Notes under the pieces: model-generated
Databases searched by the model: none
What the model saw: the letters and a program-made list of their open reading frames with translations, nothing else
Told to the model about the DNA's origin: nothing
Shown: positions 12,973 to 27,769 of the stretch, one piece after another
How the letters are laid out: every line of letters begins with the position of its first letter
Numbering within the stretch: position 1 is the stretch's first letter
Program-made: the position numbers and the translations under genes
DNA from: Glaucostegus cemiculus
Taxonomy: Eukaryota
DNA: 64,000 nucleotides
Direction of reading: 5' to 3'
Assembly: GCA_976551045.1 (NCBI GenBank)
Contig: CDPCPM010000026.1
Coordinates: forward strand, 6,076,001 to 6,140,000

Positions 12973-13203
12973 AACGGGAAATGTTGAAAAAGTTTAGCAA
13001 GCCAAGCAGCATCTGTGGAAGGAGAAACAGTTATTGTTTCAGGTCTGAGACCCTTCAGCAGTCTTCTGCGTTCTGACAGAGGGTCTCTTACCAAATGTTA
13101 AGTCTGTTTCTCTTTCCACGGATCCTAACGATTTGCTGACTGTTTCCAGCATCTTCTGCTTTTTTTTTATTTCAGATTTCCAGCAACTGCAGTTTTTTTG
13201 ATT
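12973..13203. mobile_element. Palindromic Penelope-like element (two inverted pseudo-LTR ends)
   Basis: The two arms are approximate reverse complements, each with a decayed hammerhead motif (13028-13063 minus, about 13070-13105 plus). Direct repeat tttcaaaataaa at 12961-12972 and 13204-13215. Confidence 0.8.
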
Positions 13204-15702
13204 TTTCAAAATAAATCTCACTTTTAGATTTTGTTTTCAGTTATTTGCAATGTTACAATCTGACTCCAGGACCGCTTCCTCAATGTGCAAAGAAATGCCT
13301 TGTGTTTTAACAGCCATTGTAACCTTTTTTGTTGATATCATGATGCTAACTGAACTTTTTTTGGTAGATTTGTGATAAGTGAGTATCCATATTATACACT
13401 ATGTAGTCTCTATACCTGAATAAGAGAGCAGTTGAACCTTGCCATGAGTCCAAGTGAACTTAGTGACCATGGACCTCTGTCTATAGGTGGATCCATGTAA
13501 ATGGTGCTCCTCTGCAGTTTAATTTTACATATGGGGAGGAGCAGGTTCAAATCACTCCCCTCATTTAACCTGGAATGACAATACAAAGACCATGCGCTAA
13601 AAGACAGTGGACTAAATCTGGTGTCACAACTTTTGACTTCAAGGTTTGGCTTTTTGGATGCATGTCTGAAACTCTTTTTCATAAATATAGTATAATGACA
13701 ATATATTACACCAAACTGCAAAAGACTCGAGGAACTTAAGTGGTTACCTCCTTACAAAGCCTACTTTGTATTTTTTTTATTTACCAAATTAATTTAATAT
13801 CTTATGAAATACCCAGCTGTGTGGTGGTGAGAAAATTAATAATGAGGCATTTGGATGAGGCTTATGCTTTATCACCTTTCATTAACTCAGAATTGCTCTT
13901 GAACAAACAAGATTTTCATAAGTGCACCATGAGGAGGTGTCTCAGCCATGTGTGCTTTTCTATGCAATAGGGAAAGATCAACTCTAACATTAGTATCCAG
14001 CTGGCCAATAAAACAACTGATCCTAAAAGGGTACATTTGTGGCAGTTTTGATTTTTGTTGCTGTCTGTTAGGGCACACCATTTTGCTGTTTAAATTTTAC
14101 CCTGCCATCATCTATCCTGCTCCTTTTAAGCTTTTACACATAATTTGAAATAGCTTCAGTTGTTTTTCTCAGAGACCGTGACTAATTGCATTACTTGCAT
14201 CACTGTTTTTGTCCTATCTCTGATGGCAATTACTTATTTTCTTACCAGATAATATGAAAATTACAGCTACTTTAAGTTTGTTATTTTGTACTCTTAGTGC
14301 GCTTTTGAACATTATGACATAAGAATGTCCAATGAAATTTTAGTAATACTTCGCAACCAAATTCCACAGCTAAATGGACAGCTGCTATTCTAGTCAACTT
14401 GGAGAGATAAAACAGTTTATTAACACCTGCATTTACTTGTTTACCCTTAAATATCACAGGGTACTTTAATCACATTTATTTGACACCTAACAGTGTAGAT
14501 CAGATTTTCTCCAGGATCAGGATGTGATTATTCATTGATAAAAATGACATTTATAATAATTACTAAAAAGTAATTGTAAAAGTGAATACAATAAGTTTTC
14601 TCATCACTACTTTTCAGCAAAAATCTTAAATATATCTGTATTGATGTAGAGCCAGTAACAAGTTAACATTTTAAAAACATTTTTCTACCTGTTGTAATTT
14701 TGTTTTGCACAGAAAGAAAGACAGTGGGGGGAAAAGGCATCCTGATCAAAGTTGAACATCTCTTCAGATTTGGCTCCTCCCTTTTGAATTTAGATTTAGA
14801 ATAATTGCTAATCATAAAGAGTATCAGTATGGCATGGATTAAGCAGAAAAGCAAGCAATTGTGAATAATGCTAAACATACTTGCCTTGTTCATCATGTTT
14901 TCATGGAGACAGCTGACATTATGGAAAAGACTAGTAATGTATGAAAAGAATCAGGCAAATTAAGTTCAATGTATACTAACTTGCCTATAAAAAAAAACTT
15001 TAAATTAATATGCATCCAATTAAACTTGATGTCATGGTCAAGCTTAACTGGATAAGTAGGTGATGTACATCCAAATCCAGTTCCACATCTCTCCCCTGTC
15101 TTACCAACCAATCTACAAACTGGATTTCAGTGAATCGGGACCCATTTGTGGTGTGGGAAATCGTAATTATGTTGGAGTAGCCACAGGCCCTCCCCTTCTG
15201 TCTGTGCTCATTTTTTGTCTGACCCAGGGTTCTGGACACATGAGATAGTGTTAGTCTGCTTTCTGTCATGGCATCTTTTCTACAGTGACCCTTTCAGACG
15301 CTGCTGTGGGAAGTATGTGATAAAAAGTGGAACTGATTTTGCACGTAGGGAAAGAAAACAAAACATGGAAAGAATGTTTCCTGCTTGTTTTCAGACATTT
15401 GATAACCTTAATTGGCTCAGTCTGTCAACTCTACATTGATTGTAGTCACTAATAAAAGGGCTATTGATTGTCATTTTATTTAAAAGTGCTCCACATGGAC
15501 TACACTTCAAACTAATGTTATTACCACGTCAACCTTTTCCTGTTTCAGTGCTTTCTTAATATCATAAATAATACTGAATGCCAAATACTCTTTCTTTACC
15601 TTCTGTAAATGGTTTTCTGTTGGTACCTTTTGAGCAGTGAATTTTTTTGTTGTGTGTGTTGATAATGTATGCTAATTTCAGAATAATATGTAAATTATAT
15701 TA

Positions 15703-15903
15703 CAGATTCTCCCAGGTTATGGCAGGGTTCCATTCACATGAACTGTTCGTAACCCTAGTAGTTTGCAAGTCAGAAATACGGCTGCAAACCAAGTCCCAAG
15801 GCAGTAGAAGAAGCCGGAAAATCCATCCCACCCAGCTCCCAAACGCTTGTTCATTTGTAGAACCTGTACATAAGTCAGGCATTCGTAAACTGGGGACGGC
15901 TTG
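15703..15903. mobile_element. Tc1/pogo (Tigger-like) MITE
   Basis: TA on both sides; degenerate terminal inverted repeats cagattctcccaggttatg / (rc) caagccgtccccagtttacg; internal ttcgtaa-type subterminal repeats. Confidence 0.6.
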
Positions 15904-16419
15904 TATTTCAATGAAGATTATCCGCAAGATTTCTGTCACTAATAACATCTCCACAATCTTACAATATGGTCAGACTGAGAGCCAACATGTACAGCATTAT
16001 GTAAAAATTTGTTGGTTTACAATTGGAAATGGGAACCAAGAAGTACAATCATAGATTTTATACCTCAAATATTTGATCAGTTTAGGGCAGATTCTGGGAA
16101 GAAAAATCTATTCATTGTCTGTAACAATAATGTTTTAAAATAAAATCTTATGATAGTTAAGTAACACAAGCTGTCAAAGTCAGAAAAATCTGAACTGGAT
16201 GCAATCAAGTAACCACGCTTCATTCTGCCCCTCTATATAACATCCGTCACAGTTGCGCATGATGTGATATCCCCCAGCTAGCATCTTCCATCAAAATGAG
16301 CTTGAGAATGACAGTAATTCTTTCAAGACATTTTAGAAAAATATAGTGCATGTATATATTGTTAAGTAGTTTAAATACTTGAAGATTCTAGGGCCTGCTG
16401 TTTGAATCCTACCTTACTG

Positions 16420-16770
16420 GCATTTTTTTGAAAAATTATTCGTGGGATGCAGTTGTCACTGGCTCTTATTATCTGTCCTTAATTGGCACCAAACTGAGGG
16501 AACAGATAAAAGACAACCACATTAATGGGTCTGGAGTCACGTAGAGGCCAGACAAGATATGGTCAACAGATTTCCTTCCCTGAAGAACATCAGGTATGTT
16601 TTTACAGCTGTCCAGTAGTTTTGTGGTTACCGTCACTGATGCTAGATTTATTTAATTCAATTTAAATTTCCTAGCTGCAAGATAGGATTTGAACTCCTGT
16701 CTTTGGATCATTGGTCCAAGCTTCTGGATACTAATCCAGTAATTTAACCACATCTTCAAAAGCCACAGTA
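16420..16770 (-). mobile_element. Old tRNA-derived SINE
   Basis: Reverse B box ggatttgaac and the body motif cagatttccttccctgaagaacat, which I recall from shark SINEs. Confidence 0.55.
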
Positions 16771-16834
16771 CCCATTCTTTTGATTTGATCTAAATTCCTT
16801 AACATGTAACCACTTTGTCATTGCACACAAAAGA

Positions 16835-17360
16835 GCATGCACTTCTGCAACATCTTTCCCATCCTCGGGCCATCTCAAGTATTTCTCAGCTGATCAAGTA
16901 CCTTTTGAAGATCTAAAACAAAAACAGAAAATCCTGGAAATACTCAGCAGGTCAGGCCACATCTGATGACCCATTGATTATTTCCAACATTTTCTATTTT
17001 TGTTTTAGATTTCCAGAATCTGCTGGTTTTTTTTATTTTCACCTTTTGAAGATGTGCCTTTTTTTTGTCAGCAAGTTCTGGGGGCAACATTAAAATTAAT
17101 GGCTAGTTAATCTATTTCAGTGAAGAACAAGTATGATCCCAAACAGAAGGGAAGCTCTTGTTTTGAGGCAATCTTCCATGGGATTTTCTAGAGAAGATCT
17201 TACATTAACATTTCATTTGAAAGATGATATCTTAAGTAATGCTCATTCCCACCGCACTACACTGAAATATCACTTAAGATCATGTACTTGAGCTCTGGAC
17301 AGGAACGTGACCCACAACCTTCTGACTCAGGTGAGAGTATGCAGTTGATCCAAGCTGACA
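16835..17360 (-). mobile_element. Deu-type SINE interrupted by a PLE insertion
   Basis: Reverse head cccacaaccttctgactcaggtgagagt...ccaagctgac; Deu body and L2-like tail; split at 16913-17040. Confidence 0.65.
16913..17040. mobile_element. Short palindromic PLE end with 13-bp TSD
   Basis: accttttgaagat at 16900-16912 and 17041-17053; arms aaaacagaaaatcctggaaatactca / tgattatttccaacattttctatttt. Confidence 0.85.
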
Positions 17361-19679
17361 TAATATAGTCATTTATTATTGGATTATATGCACTGCAAAG
17401 CTAAACAGATGGTTTTAACTAACTTCACATAATTTATGCAAATCCTACAGTGACTAGGCTATTCCACTTTGTGGGCCTAAATATCTTTCAGTTGAGTTCT
17501 TTTGATCAGCACAGTATCATTTCTTTTGGTGCAAATCAATTGCACGTTTGATGGGACTTTACTCCCTCCCCTGAATTAGCTGAATGTTTCAGTGAAGCTG
17601 GTAAATGTCTTTCACAATGCAGCTTGAACTCATTTTTCAAGACTTCATTTGCTATCAGTTTTTCTTTGTTACGTCCTGGCTTTTGAGATCTTTTACCCTC
17701 CCAATCAAATTTATAGCATTCAGTTTTCCTGTTCTGACAGCTGCCTACTTGATAAAATGGTCATAGAAAATATTTAGCACCTTTTATAGTTAAAGGTTAT
17801 TTTCATGACAAAACATAGCCTGCAATTCCCACAAGATGTGTTGATAAATGTGCTGACATTAGAGATTGTATTTAAAGCTATATAATTACTGCATTGTTGC
17901 TGAGAATTATGCAGAAACATTAGTTATTTTATTCTGTCACAGAATTTGAAGCAGCTCATTTCACAGTGCTGTCAGCATGGATTTGGTATTGGCTGCAACC
18001 CAACAACCCCAATGAGGATTGTCAGTTCTCAGCTAGGCTACTGAATGGTTTGGCTCGGGCAAGCAGACTCCATTCAAAAGTGTAAATCTTTGCTGTTTAC
18101 ATGACTGATACTCTCTGAGTGAGGAGTAGTCTTGCTGTTGGAGTTATGGCCTCTTTATTTGATTTGTTTACTTAAGAAGATTTATGGAGACAATGGACCA
18201 TGTTTGCAGTCATCAAAATGAGAGGCTATTGTGGTAGAAGGAATGCAGTTCCCACTTCTGTTGCCTACTGTTAGCATAAAGCACTTCAAGGTTAGTTGTA
18301 GAACAGTCAGTCGGAGATAGAAAAAAATATTTATCCTGCTCTTTACACAAAAAGACAGTGGAGTTTTTTTCAGAGACTGCTGGGGAAATCACTCTTCATT
18401 GAGTTTCACTGAGGTGGGCAATGTTCATTCCTAAACCATCGGAACAATAAACTCCACAGGACCCTGATTTACATGGAACAGTGAGGCACTACCTTACACA
18501 GTGGCACTTCAAAATCACTAATGTCCAGTTTGCTCCAAAGTTGTGGCATCTACAGGCACAAGTCGTATTGGACAGTTGGTTTCTCCACCATGCCTTTCCT
18601 AGTGAAAATGAGGTAATAAGGAATTAGCCATATGAACACTGTTTTGAAAGAGAATAGCTGCAAGTAGAAATATTATTTGCTTGGAATGCAGGGTTTAGGC
18701 TTGGACTTTGAAGGTGTAATGAAGTACTGTGCAAAATGTTGTTCGGAGCTCAAACCACATTGATGGATTCTTCTTTATTCTATTTGTTGATAAGTTAATT
18801 TATTTATAGGCCTTGATAATGTATTTTTTTAAAGTATCAAACACTTTTGAGAGTAACAAGTAGAAAAAAATCGGAATACTTGGAAGAAATGTAATGCACT
18901 GATATAATTGCATTGCATGATAAACAAAAGCATTGCTCTCTGCCAAACTTACAGAGTTCAGTGTTGAACCAGGATTTATTAGCTAGGAGCATGATCAAGA
19001 AATGTTTGATTTCAAACAGTTGGTGTGGGTGTTAAAAATAAACTTATGAAAAAAACAATAATGACAACATAGCACCTATCACAGCATCAAGAGGTTCTGA
19101 TGGACTTAACAGACCATTAAGTTTTAATGGTCTGCTTGTTACATAGGGAAATTGTAATTTTTTTGCATGTCAAAGCCCAAAACAAAACCATGAGGTAAAT
19201 GATCTGGTAATCTGTTGTCATGTACTGCAGCACAGATAAGGAACAGACAGGCACCAAGAGAATCATTTCTGCAATTAAAACAGTGGGGTACTCTGTGTAC
19301 TCTTCACAGGGTAAACAAGGTGTTCACTTTGCTATTTCACGAGAAATACTGGGTTAGAATTCAGTCTTCAGTCATATGTGCTGAATTTGCGATGTACTAG
19401 CACTCTGCTTTTGAAATTTATTTCATTTAAATACAGTAAATTTTGAACAATCTCAAGCCAGCTTAAAAATTGAAATATTTATAAAGTGGAGAGAGTTTCC
19501 ACTTCCTTTCCATTTAAATCATTTACAGATTGTCCAGGAAGTTTCACAGGCCCTTCCAGCACCTTGTCAAACATTATGTCAGACAAAGCAGGGGAGTCGT
19601 TTGAGGAATTTCATTCCTCTTTGTTTTAGACCTGTCTCCTGATTAGCACTATCCATTCAGCATCAATACACACCTGATC

Positions 19680-20005
19680 AATTTGGCCTCGCCCCTTCCC
19701 ATCCTTGTAGAATCCTCAGCCCTGCAGTTGAGATCAGAGCTGCCCTATAGATCTTGGCCCAGTTTTCACTGCTCCACCACAGGTGGCCATGTATTTAGAT
19801 GTTTTGGCTCTAAGTCCAAGAATTCCTTTCCTAACCCTGTCTATCCCTTTATTTTTTTCAACCTACCTCTTTGGCAAACCATTCAATCACCATGTGAAAT
19901 ATCTCTATTCGTGGCTTTGTTTCAAACTTCTATCATAACATTCCTTTAAAGAGTCTTGCCACAATTTACTACATTAAAGGGGTTGTTGGAATAAAAATTG
20001 TTGCT
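19680..20005 (+). mobile_element. L2 LINE 3' remnant
   Basis: tggcctcgcccc...ctccaccacaggtggccatg...ctctaagtccaagaattcctttcctaaccct plus an L2-like tail. Confidence 0.55.
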
Positions 20006-20084
20006 AAGGTTAAATAAAGGAAATAATAATAAAACACAACCAGCCACAACAGTTTAGAATTGTTGAGTGAAAATTACTGAATTT

Positions 20085-20340
20085 ATAGCAAGAAATGGCA
20101 GATGATGGAAATCTGAAATAAAAATGGAAAATGTTAAAAATATAGAGCATGTAGGGCAGCATGTGAAATTGAGTTGACGTTTCAGTTTGTTGATCTTTCG
20201 TCAAAACTCAGACAAATTAGAAATCAAGTGTGTGTTAAATTGCAGAAAAGGGGATGGGTAAAGAGAACAAGGTTATGTTGTAATTGGGTGGAGACCAAAA
20301 GAGATTGAATGACATGAAGGATGATAAGAGAGGGTGGAGA
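20085..20340 (-). mobile_element. PLE pseudo-LTR with hammerhead-like motif at 20171-20209
   Basis: Minus strand: gagtt-TTGACGA-aagatcaacaaact-GAAAC-GTC-aactc. Confidence 0.75.
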
Positions 20341-23300
20341 TGTGTCTGTGAGAAGAGGGGGATGTGTCAGTGGAATTAACTGACATTGGCATATAAAGTT
20401 GAATAGTGGTAGAGAGAGCAGAACAATGCTATAACATATTTGATGGGGATTAGACTCTTACTCAGTGGTCTAGTACGTCAATTACTTTTGTTTCATCCAT
20501 AGGTTAGGCTCACATTAGAACATGAGTATTAAACCTAGCCCAACATGATGACACCTCTAATAGCAGCATGCCTTTTTGAGACTTGTTTCTTGCTGTAAAG
20601 AATCAAATGAAACTATAAATTAGTGGCAGGTCATTTTATTTCGATTCTGAGGTTTTTCAATGTATTCCTTAAGAAATTTATGGAGTTTGATGACACAATG
20701 GCATGCCAGCAAGCCAGCCATATTCGCAAGATGTTTCAGGCTGAGAGTAATCATGTGAAACCTGTCAGAATGCATTTACTTGGACAACAGGTGTTGACAA
20801 GATGCAGTTACCAATCAAATGCCCTTTGTAGATAAAAACATAGACAGACTAATCCAGAAGAATCTGATGTGCTCAGCTTTTTTTAACACAGGAATTTTGC
20901 TATAGAATGATCTATAAACTTGAGATAGCATGCAGTAATTTATAGTATCTGTAATTTAGTTTGCTCATTCCTTTAAAGGTCCATGTGAGTTTTGTGACCC
21001 TGGAGATGTTTGTGGCTCAATAATACAGGCAGGTAATGGAAATATTTTTGGATTCATTAAAAGTCTGCATCCCAGAATATCATTAGTAACAAAGCATGGT
21101 GGTGCATACTTGGATTGGATATAAAATAGAACAATTGACATATTTTCAATTGCTAATCCATGGGTAATCCCAGTGTAAAGCATGGCTGTTATAATAACAC
21201 TAGATATAGCATTCTTGGGGCCCTGAACACACACAAACTTTAGGGCACTTTCAGGTTATATGCACAAATACACTTCTCCAAAATTTTGTCCACTCAAGGA
21301 CAAATATGTTAGAAATATATAGAGAAATAAGCACATTGAATGTTTATGCATTACATTAACAACAAACCAAGTTGTGAACACACACACATGATGAAATTGA
21401 TCTAATGGTCATAAGCCGTTTTAATATGGCATAGCAAATTCTTCAGAAGCCTCTGAAAATAAACACCTTGACCAAAGAACATGCCAGCTGTCAAAAACTC
21501 ACAGTTCAAATCCATTATCATATATGGTCTAATGTATTGCTGTGCCTATTTGCATTAACTGATGTGGTTACTCATTGTAAGTGATCCAGGCGCAATCATG
21601 GAAATGAAAAGCCATTAATTCCAGTCTTGACTTTCACCTCATCTGGCTTGCACAAGAGCACAGTTGGTTAAACTGAAGAAATCATGGAGTTGACTGTTGA
21701 TAAAGATCTCAGATGGTTGCTTTCTGCTTGACTCCTATCCTTTTCCTCATTCACTCTTGTCCAATATGTTTGGCCATGCAGAACGGGCAATTACAACCAC
21801 TAACAGGCTTTTATGTTCTTGGAGCCAACACTGCATTCCAGATTTTTCGCCTTCCATAGGAGCAGGAATTACCTCCAAACACTTCCCAGATTCTCTGCCT
21901 CACTTCTGTTTTCAAACATTCAGTTGACTACGGTGACCTTGATAAAGATTTTGGTTGGTCCTCTTTGGCAGTGTTTTTTTAAATTAAGTTTCTTGAGGTA
22001 TTTTCCTATATAAATGCAAGTTGTTGTGTGGCAAGAGGTTGAATTCTGTGCTCAAATCAAGAACCCAATGATATAAACTCTGAGGCCATTGTTTGCTTAA
22101 CTTGCACTACTTTTGAATGTGTTTCATGACTGCTGCTTCACTATAAAAGGGTTAAGCAAACAAGCCTAATATCATGTGGAACAATGTCAAGTGTCAGAAT
22201 ATTCAAAATCATGCAACAAAAATACCAGGTTTTTTTCCTGTTCATAATTTTAACAAAATAAGGCTCTTAACAAGACTGGAAGGATTCTGGATTTTTGTAC
22301 AAATGCTGAATATTCCAGAAATATTTCAAATTAAATTTGTGCTTCAAAGCTAAAACAGACCTTTAAGATAAGCAATGTAAAATATGTGAAACAAATTTCA
22401 GAAGTATCTTAAAAATTTATTATGGTTTAATGTTACAAAGCAAGCTAAGAGTTTGGAGCATTTACTTTCACCATTGTATTCTCTTCAACTGTATCATTGT
22501 GCTTAATAACTGTGAATAATTTAGCTCTTGCTGTTGTTAACACAGCCATTGTTGGCACGTTATTTTTGGTTAAGTGTTAACAACTTTGCTTTAATATTAA
22601 CTATAAAGTAAATTGATTAAAATAGATAGCAACATAAAATGGAATTGACAGAAAAGCAATATCACGTTGTGAGGAAATAGTTTCTTTCCATTTCATGTTT
22701 TAAGTGTTTAATACAAAGCAAATCTTGTTCACTTCATTTCACTTGCTGAAAGCAACCAAGTTATTCATAACTCCTGTGACAAATACCAACTTCTTTACAT
22801 TTTCAAAGAAATTCGGTGCCTGTTCATTAATTACGATATTAATCTAAAAGATCAAAATATGGAAATATATGATGGTTACTTTGGGTGTTGCTTTTGCAAT
22901 TCCATCATAAATATCACTGCAACATACACAAATATATATCGAAATAGATCAGGATTTGTATATTTAAAAGAAATCAGATGACTTCATGTTCATAAAAGAA
23001 CCTCACTCGGTGTCATTCAATGCTTTGAAAAGAATCATTTGTATAACTTGTTTACGTTGATCAATAGATTTCATTAAAGTTGATCAATAGATGCATTTGC
23101 TTAAAGATAAAGCCATGTATAAATTTTCAATAATTGCTTTACAAATCAGACCTTGTCATGTCCTCTTCCATGGCAGCTGTACCATTTTGCAATGTCATAT
23201 ATATCATAATAAATCATTAGCTCATACCAGTATTGCCTTTCATTGATCTCTTATCTGTATTTACAGCCTGAAGCGATGACTTTTATGGAGCTTGTGAAAA

Positions 23301-24559
23301 TAGATGTAACATTTGGCTGTTAATATTTTCATTCTGGAAAGATGTGATGTTTATTAATGTAAAACTTTTCTTATATAATACTGGGAAATCATGTTTGGGA
23401 TGCAATGCAACTGGGGTTCAGTGATGAACCAGGGATGCATAAAATCAAACAGTGCATTACAATCTTTGAGTCTAAATAGTGAAGAGCAGTTCTCCTTCTT
23501 TAAATGGGGTGGAGAGTGTCATATATTTCTCAGGTAGTTTATTGTCCTTGATGTAATGCTTTTAAAAGTTCATATTTATGAGGTCTTTCAGATCAAGTTA
23601 AATATGAAAATTAAGAATTGAGGAACACGTGTTTAATCTCAGAAAAAAACATGTATGGAAATGGCTGATTTGGATACATATGCCATTACTTTTTGGAAAT
23701 AAAATAATTAAATAGTGCGATTTGAAGGATGATTTTAGGATGACTTTAATGCACTAAGATGAGCAATATTCATAAAATTAAACTGAAGGTGTTCCATGGT
23801 GGAAATGATGCAGTGTACAGTCATTATTGATCTTGTCAAGCCTAGCCATAATCATAAATGAGGACTGCAAGAGTATCACAGACTCGAGCTGAAATTTCCC
23901 ATGTGTAGAAGCTGTTTGTCTGCAATGCGTTAATCTATTCAGCACAAAATTGCAGAAGTTGCTAGTTTAATAATTTCTAACCAAATGAAGAAATCCACAA
24001 TGCACATTAATTTTGAAACAGATGCATCAAAGTGGGGTCAATGACTGATTGTTGTTGTTACATCTTGAAGTTCAGAATTTGTGGGAGCTTCAACTTCATA
24101 AAGTAAACCTCCGTTTAACTGGAAATATATAAAATGCAGCACAGACTTGTTTCAAAAGTAGTCAATGGGCAGATGTTGTCTTCACAAACTAGATAACAAT
24201 CTAGCAGAACTATGCCAAATGGAAAAACAATTGAGTTCAGGAGTGAGACAAGCACATTACCAAGTTACCCCTCAGATGCAGAGACATAATTAACATGCTG
24301 TAGATTTTTCAGTTGTTTCATATTCTACCAGCACTAAAATTCCACGTCCCTTTTTAAAGGTTAGTGTGTAAAACCAAAATTACTGCGGTCTCAGAATACC
24401 ACTGAAGAACTTTCATCTCCTGTTGTTCAGTAATTGCTTACGTTATGTGGAAATGCATTAATGACTTTGAGTTTTAAATGGTGACAACAGATTCCCGAAC
24501 ACTTTTTAATTCATTTATATTAGCTACATACGTTAGCTAAATAATTATAACTCCATATA

Positions 24560-25056
24560 AGCTGTCTTATCACCTCTCACCTCTCATCTCTGACCCTTCT
24601 CACCTCTCCCACCACCTCTTCACAATTTTGCCATCAGGGAGGAGGCTTAAATGTATCAGGGCAAGAACGACCAGGCTGAACAATAGCTTCTTTCTGCAAG
24701 CCATCAGAACTGCAAACTCTCTCATTCCTCCATCTTCCTTTGCTAACACTAAGAGATGCTAGGTGCACAGAAATGCACCAGCACTTTAAATGCCCGACTC
24801 CAGCCGTTCACTTTAATAACTATTTATTTATTTACTGGCCATTTTAAATTTAATCTGCGTAATAATTTAATTTTAACCTCCATAGCTTCTAATGTGTAAT
24901 GTTTTGTACTGTGTATTCTGCCAAGTGTGTATGTGCGTCTCTGTTGGTTGTTATGTTATTTTTATGGGACGAGCACCTGAGGAGGACGGTATCTCGCTCC
25001 TATGCATACTATGTATGTATATGGTTGTGACAATAAAACTGATTCTGATTCTGATC
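24560..25056 (+). mobile_element. Rex1-like LINE 3' fragment
   Basis: SDPSHLSHHLFTILPSGRRLKCIRARTTRLNNSFFLQAIR; ends in aataaa plus a short ctgatt-repeat tail. Confidence 0.85.
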
Positions 25057-26639
25057 TTTACTCCCTGGATCAACCATCTTAAATGCAATATAAAGTGTTA
25101 AATAAAAGGTTTGGGGTGAAAATCCCATCTCTTCCTTGTGTTCTATTCTGAGAAAGATCCTCATCCAATTCTCTCCAGATTCTCAAACCATTGATGTAAC
25201 ACGGTCTCAAATGATCAACTAAACATAATGACTGCTTGGCAACATTTCTAGACCCAAAATGAAAAATTTTCATTGTCATTCTATTCAATAATTATTTCAA
25301 CAGTCTATAAGTTTTTAAAATACTTATTTAACTTCTTAAACATTTTTTGTTTATGACATTTTGGTTCCTGTCTTAACTTAATGCACAAGATCTAATCTTT
25401 AGTTTGTACTCTTAAAATGTTTAAAGAAATTGTTGAAAATGGTGAGGTTACGTTCTTGGTTTGGAGTCGATGAGCAGCCTTTAATGTGGGCTGCTCCACC
25501 CGCTTGATAACTTCAGTGAAGCTGGACAACGGAGGTCCTTTGGAACTGATGCCTGACAGAAGCAACGTTGGAGGAAATTAATCCATATCACTGAATCTTT
25601 TGTGGGCAGGCTTCTTTGAGATCAGCTCTGCTGCCACCCACAAACTCCAGGCCAATACAGGTTTGCTTCAGGGATATTTTTCTTCAAGTTTTCAGCTGTC
25701 TAACTGGGGTCACGAATGAAGACCTTATTTCAAACAGTTCAGAATTAATATTGTAATTTATTGCATAGTTTTGGGAGAATCTATGCCCAGTGCTTCCTAA
25801 GCAGAGCACATTCAAACTATTGAACTACTTGGAAAGGTCCACTCAGCCAAACTGAAACAAGAAGTCCATGGAAAGTGGACGCACATGCTGCAAGTCTTGT
25901 TAGGGTGGGGGGGGGGGGGGGTCAGACAAGTACTGAACTGGTAGAAGAGACATCTTGTAATGCTTTATATAAAAAATCATTAATTTCATACCTGCATTAT
26001 ATTTTGGGGGAAAACTCATGGAATAATTTTTTTCTTGCCGTAGATTTCGTAAAAAATCATTTTTCAAATTAATATATTTTAAAAATCTTTATAAGAAAAG
26101 TGACAAGCAATATATATGGAATCACAGAAAACTTTGATTTTGTGTCACATGCTGTTGTAAAAAAAGAAATGGTATAAATAATGTGTCTCCTAGTAGAAGG
26201 AAGCTTGAGTATTTCATGATTATTTGAACTGCATGAGTGAATTACTATTTTGCGATGGTACCTGATTAAGCCGTTGTTATCGCTTAAATGATTATAGGTG
26301 TTTCAGTTTTGTTTTTGTTGAGTTAATTCCTCTGCCACAACTATGTTTTATTTGTTGGATTTGGATCTTGGGCAGCTGCAGTGCTTAATGTTATACAAGT
26401 AGACACATCCTCCTCTGGGAGAAAGGGTGAAACAAATACATCTCTTTCAGCATGGTGCAGTGATATTCAATGTCTTGCACACTTACCATATCACTTTGAT
26501 ATACTGTGAAAGAAAACCGATACTTTGTCTTAACCAGAGATTGATTAAGCTTCCAGGAAAGAAAATAATTATATTAGAGGATGTTGCTATTCCTCCTTCT
26601 GAATTCAATTCTTTGGTAATTGGCAGTGTTTGGTCATGA

Positions 26640-27140
26640 ATAATGCATTAAAAAATATGAATAACACACCTTCCTACCATTGGAATATGTGCTTGCTGAA
26701 TTCAGAGCTCATTGATTGGGCAAGGGCAACAATGATAATGATATTTTCTTTCAGTGCTTGCTCATCACTGACCAATGGTCCAATCAATGAAAAGCGTCAC
26801 TGTGCCGATGACCTTGAGATGAACTCCTGAATAATCACTCAGTAATGGCAGTAACAAAATATCTTGCACGATGTGACTATTCGTCAGCTTCACTGTTGGA
26901 ATTTTGTCAGTGCTCAGTGAGGTAAAGAGCAAGTGTTTTACTGCTATAATTGGGACTGTGAACTGCTTTATAAATAGTATCACACTCTAATTACACCATA
27001 GTACATTGGTGGCCTGCTATATTGGCTAATACAGATCAATGATTTAACAAAAAGTTTTGTAATAAATCAACATATAGTTAATGTTATTTAATGCAAGCAA
27101 CAAAATGCAATATTTATCTCTCAATTAATTATCTGGATTT
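26640..27140. promoter_or_regulatory. Candidate conserved non-coding element
   Basis: Unique, transposon-free sequence with TAATTA, a Pbx-Hox-like ATAAATCA (27062) and TGATTTAAC (27040). Conservation not tested. Confidence 0.3.
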
Positions 27141-27769
27141 ACTTTGCTTTACAGACTACGAGAGTTTGCCTCAAACTTTCAGAAACAATGGACTTCAACT
27201 CTTTAAAAAGTTAATGGAATCACTTTAATACTTTTTTACAGCAATATTCATATTTCTTAAGGTGGGATAATCATCTTGCCCTATCTGAGTTGTATATGAT
27301 TGTTGTCATAGCAGTTTCACAGACCCTTGAATTCAGCATTGCTTAAGCAATTCGAAACTCTGGCGGCCTATACACCAGGGTCATATTTCAGCCTGGATGG
27401 CACTAAAAGGGCCATAATCTTTCACTGAATGACTTTTGTGATGCACAAGCTGAGGCAAATTATTCAGCCTGAGGTTCAGACTGCATTGGGACTCCTGGGC
27501 TGTGGAGTGCATTGGAACGGTGTAAGCGCCTTTCATGCACTGAAGCAGAATGGCCAGATTAATCCATAATGAAATGGGTAACTTTAGGCCTGCATAAATT
27601 TTCCAGCAGTCTTAGTATCCCAGGAATCTCTCAGTGAGATTAATGGCCAGCAGCCTTCCACATAATGAAGTAGTTTACCTTGGCAATGTGCTCATGAATT
27701 TATTATGGTGTCCACCAGTGTGCTATATGGCCCAGACATCTTTATAAATCCTGGATTTAGAGCTGCAGC

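Noticed and set aside
23056-23092. gttgatcaatagat repeated twice
   Set aside because: Only two units; an ordinary short tandem duplication.
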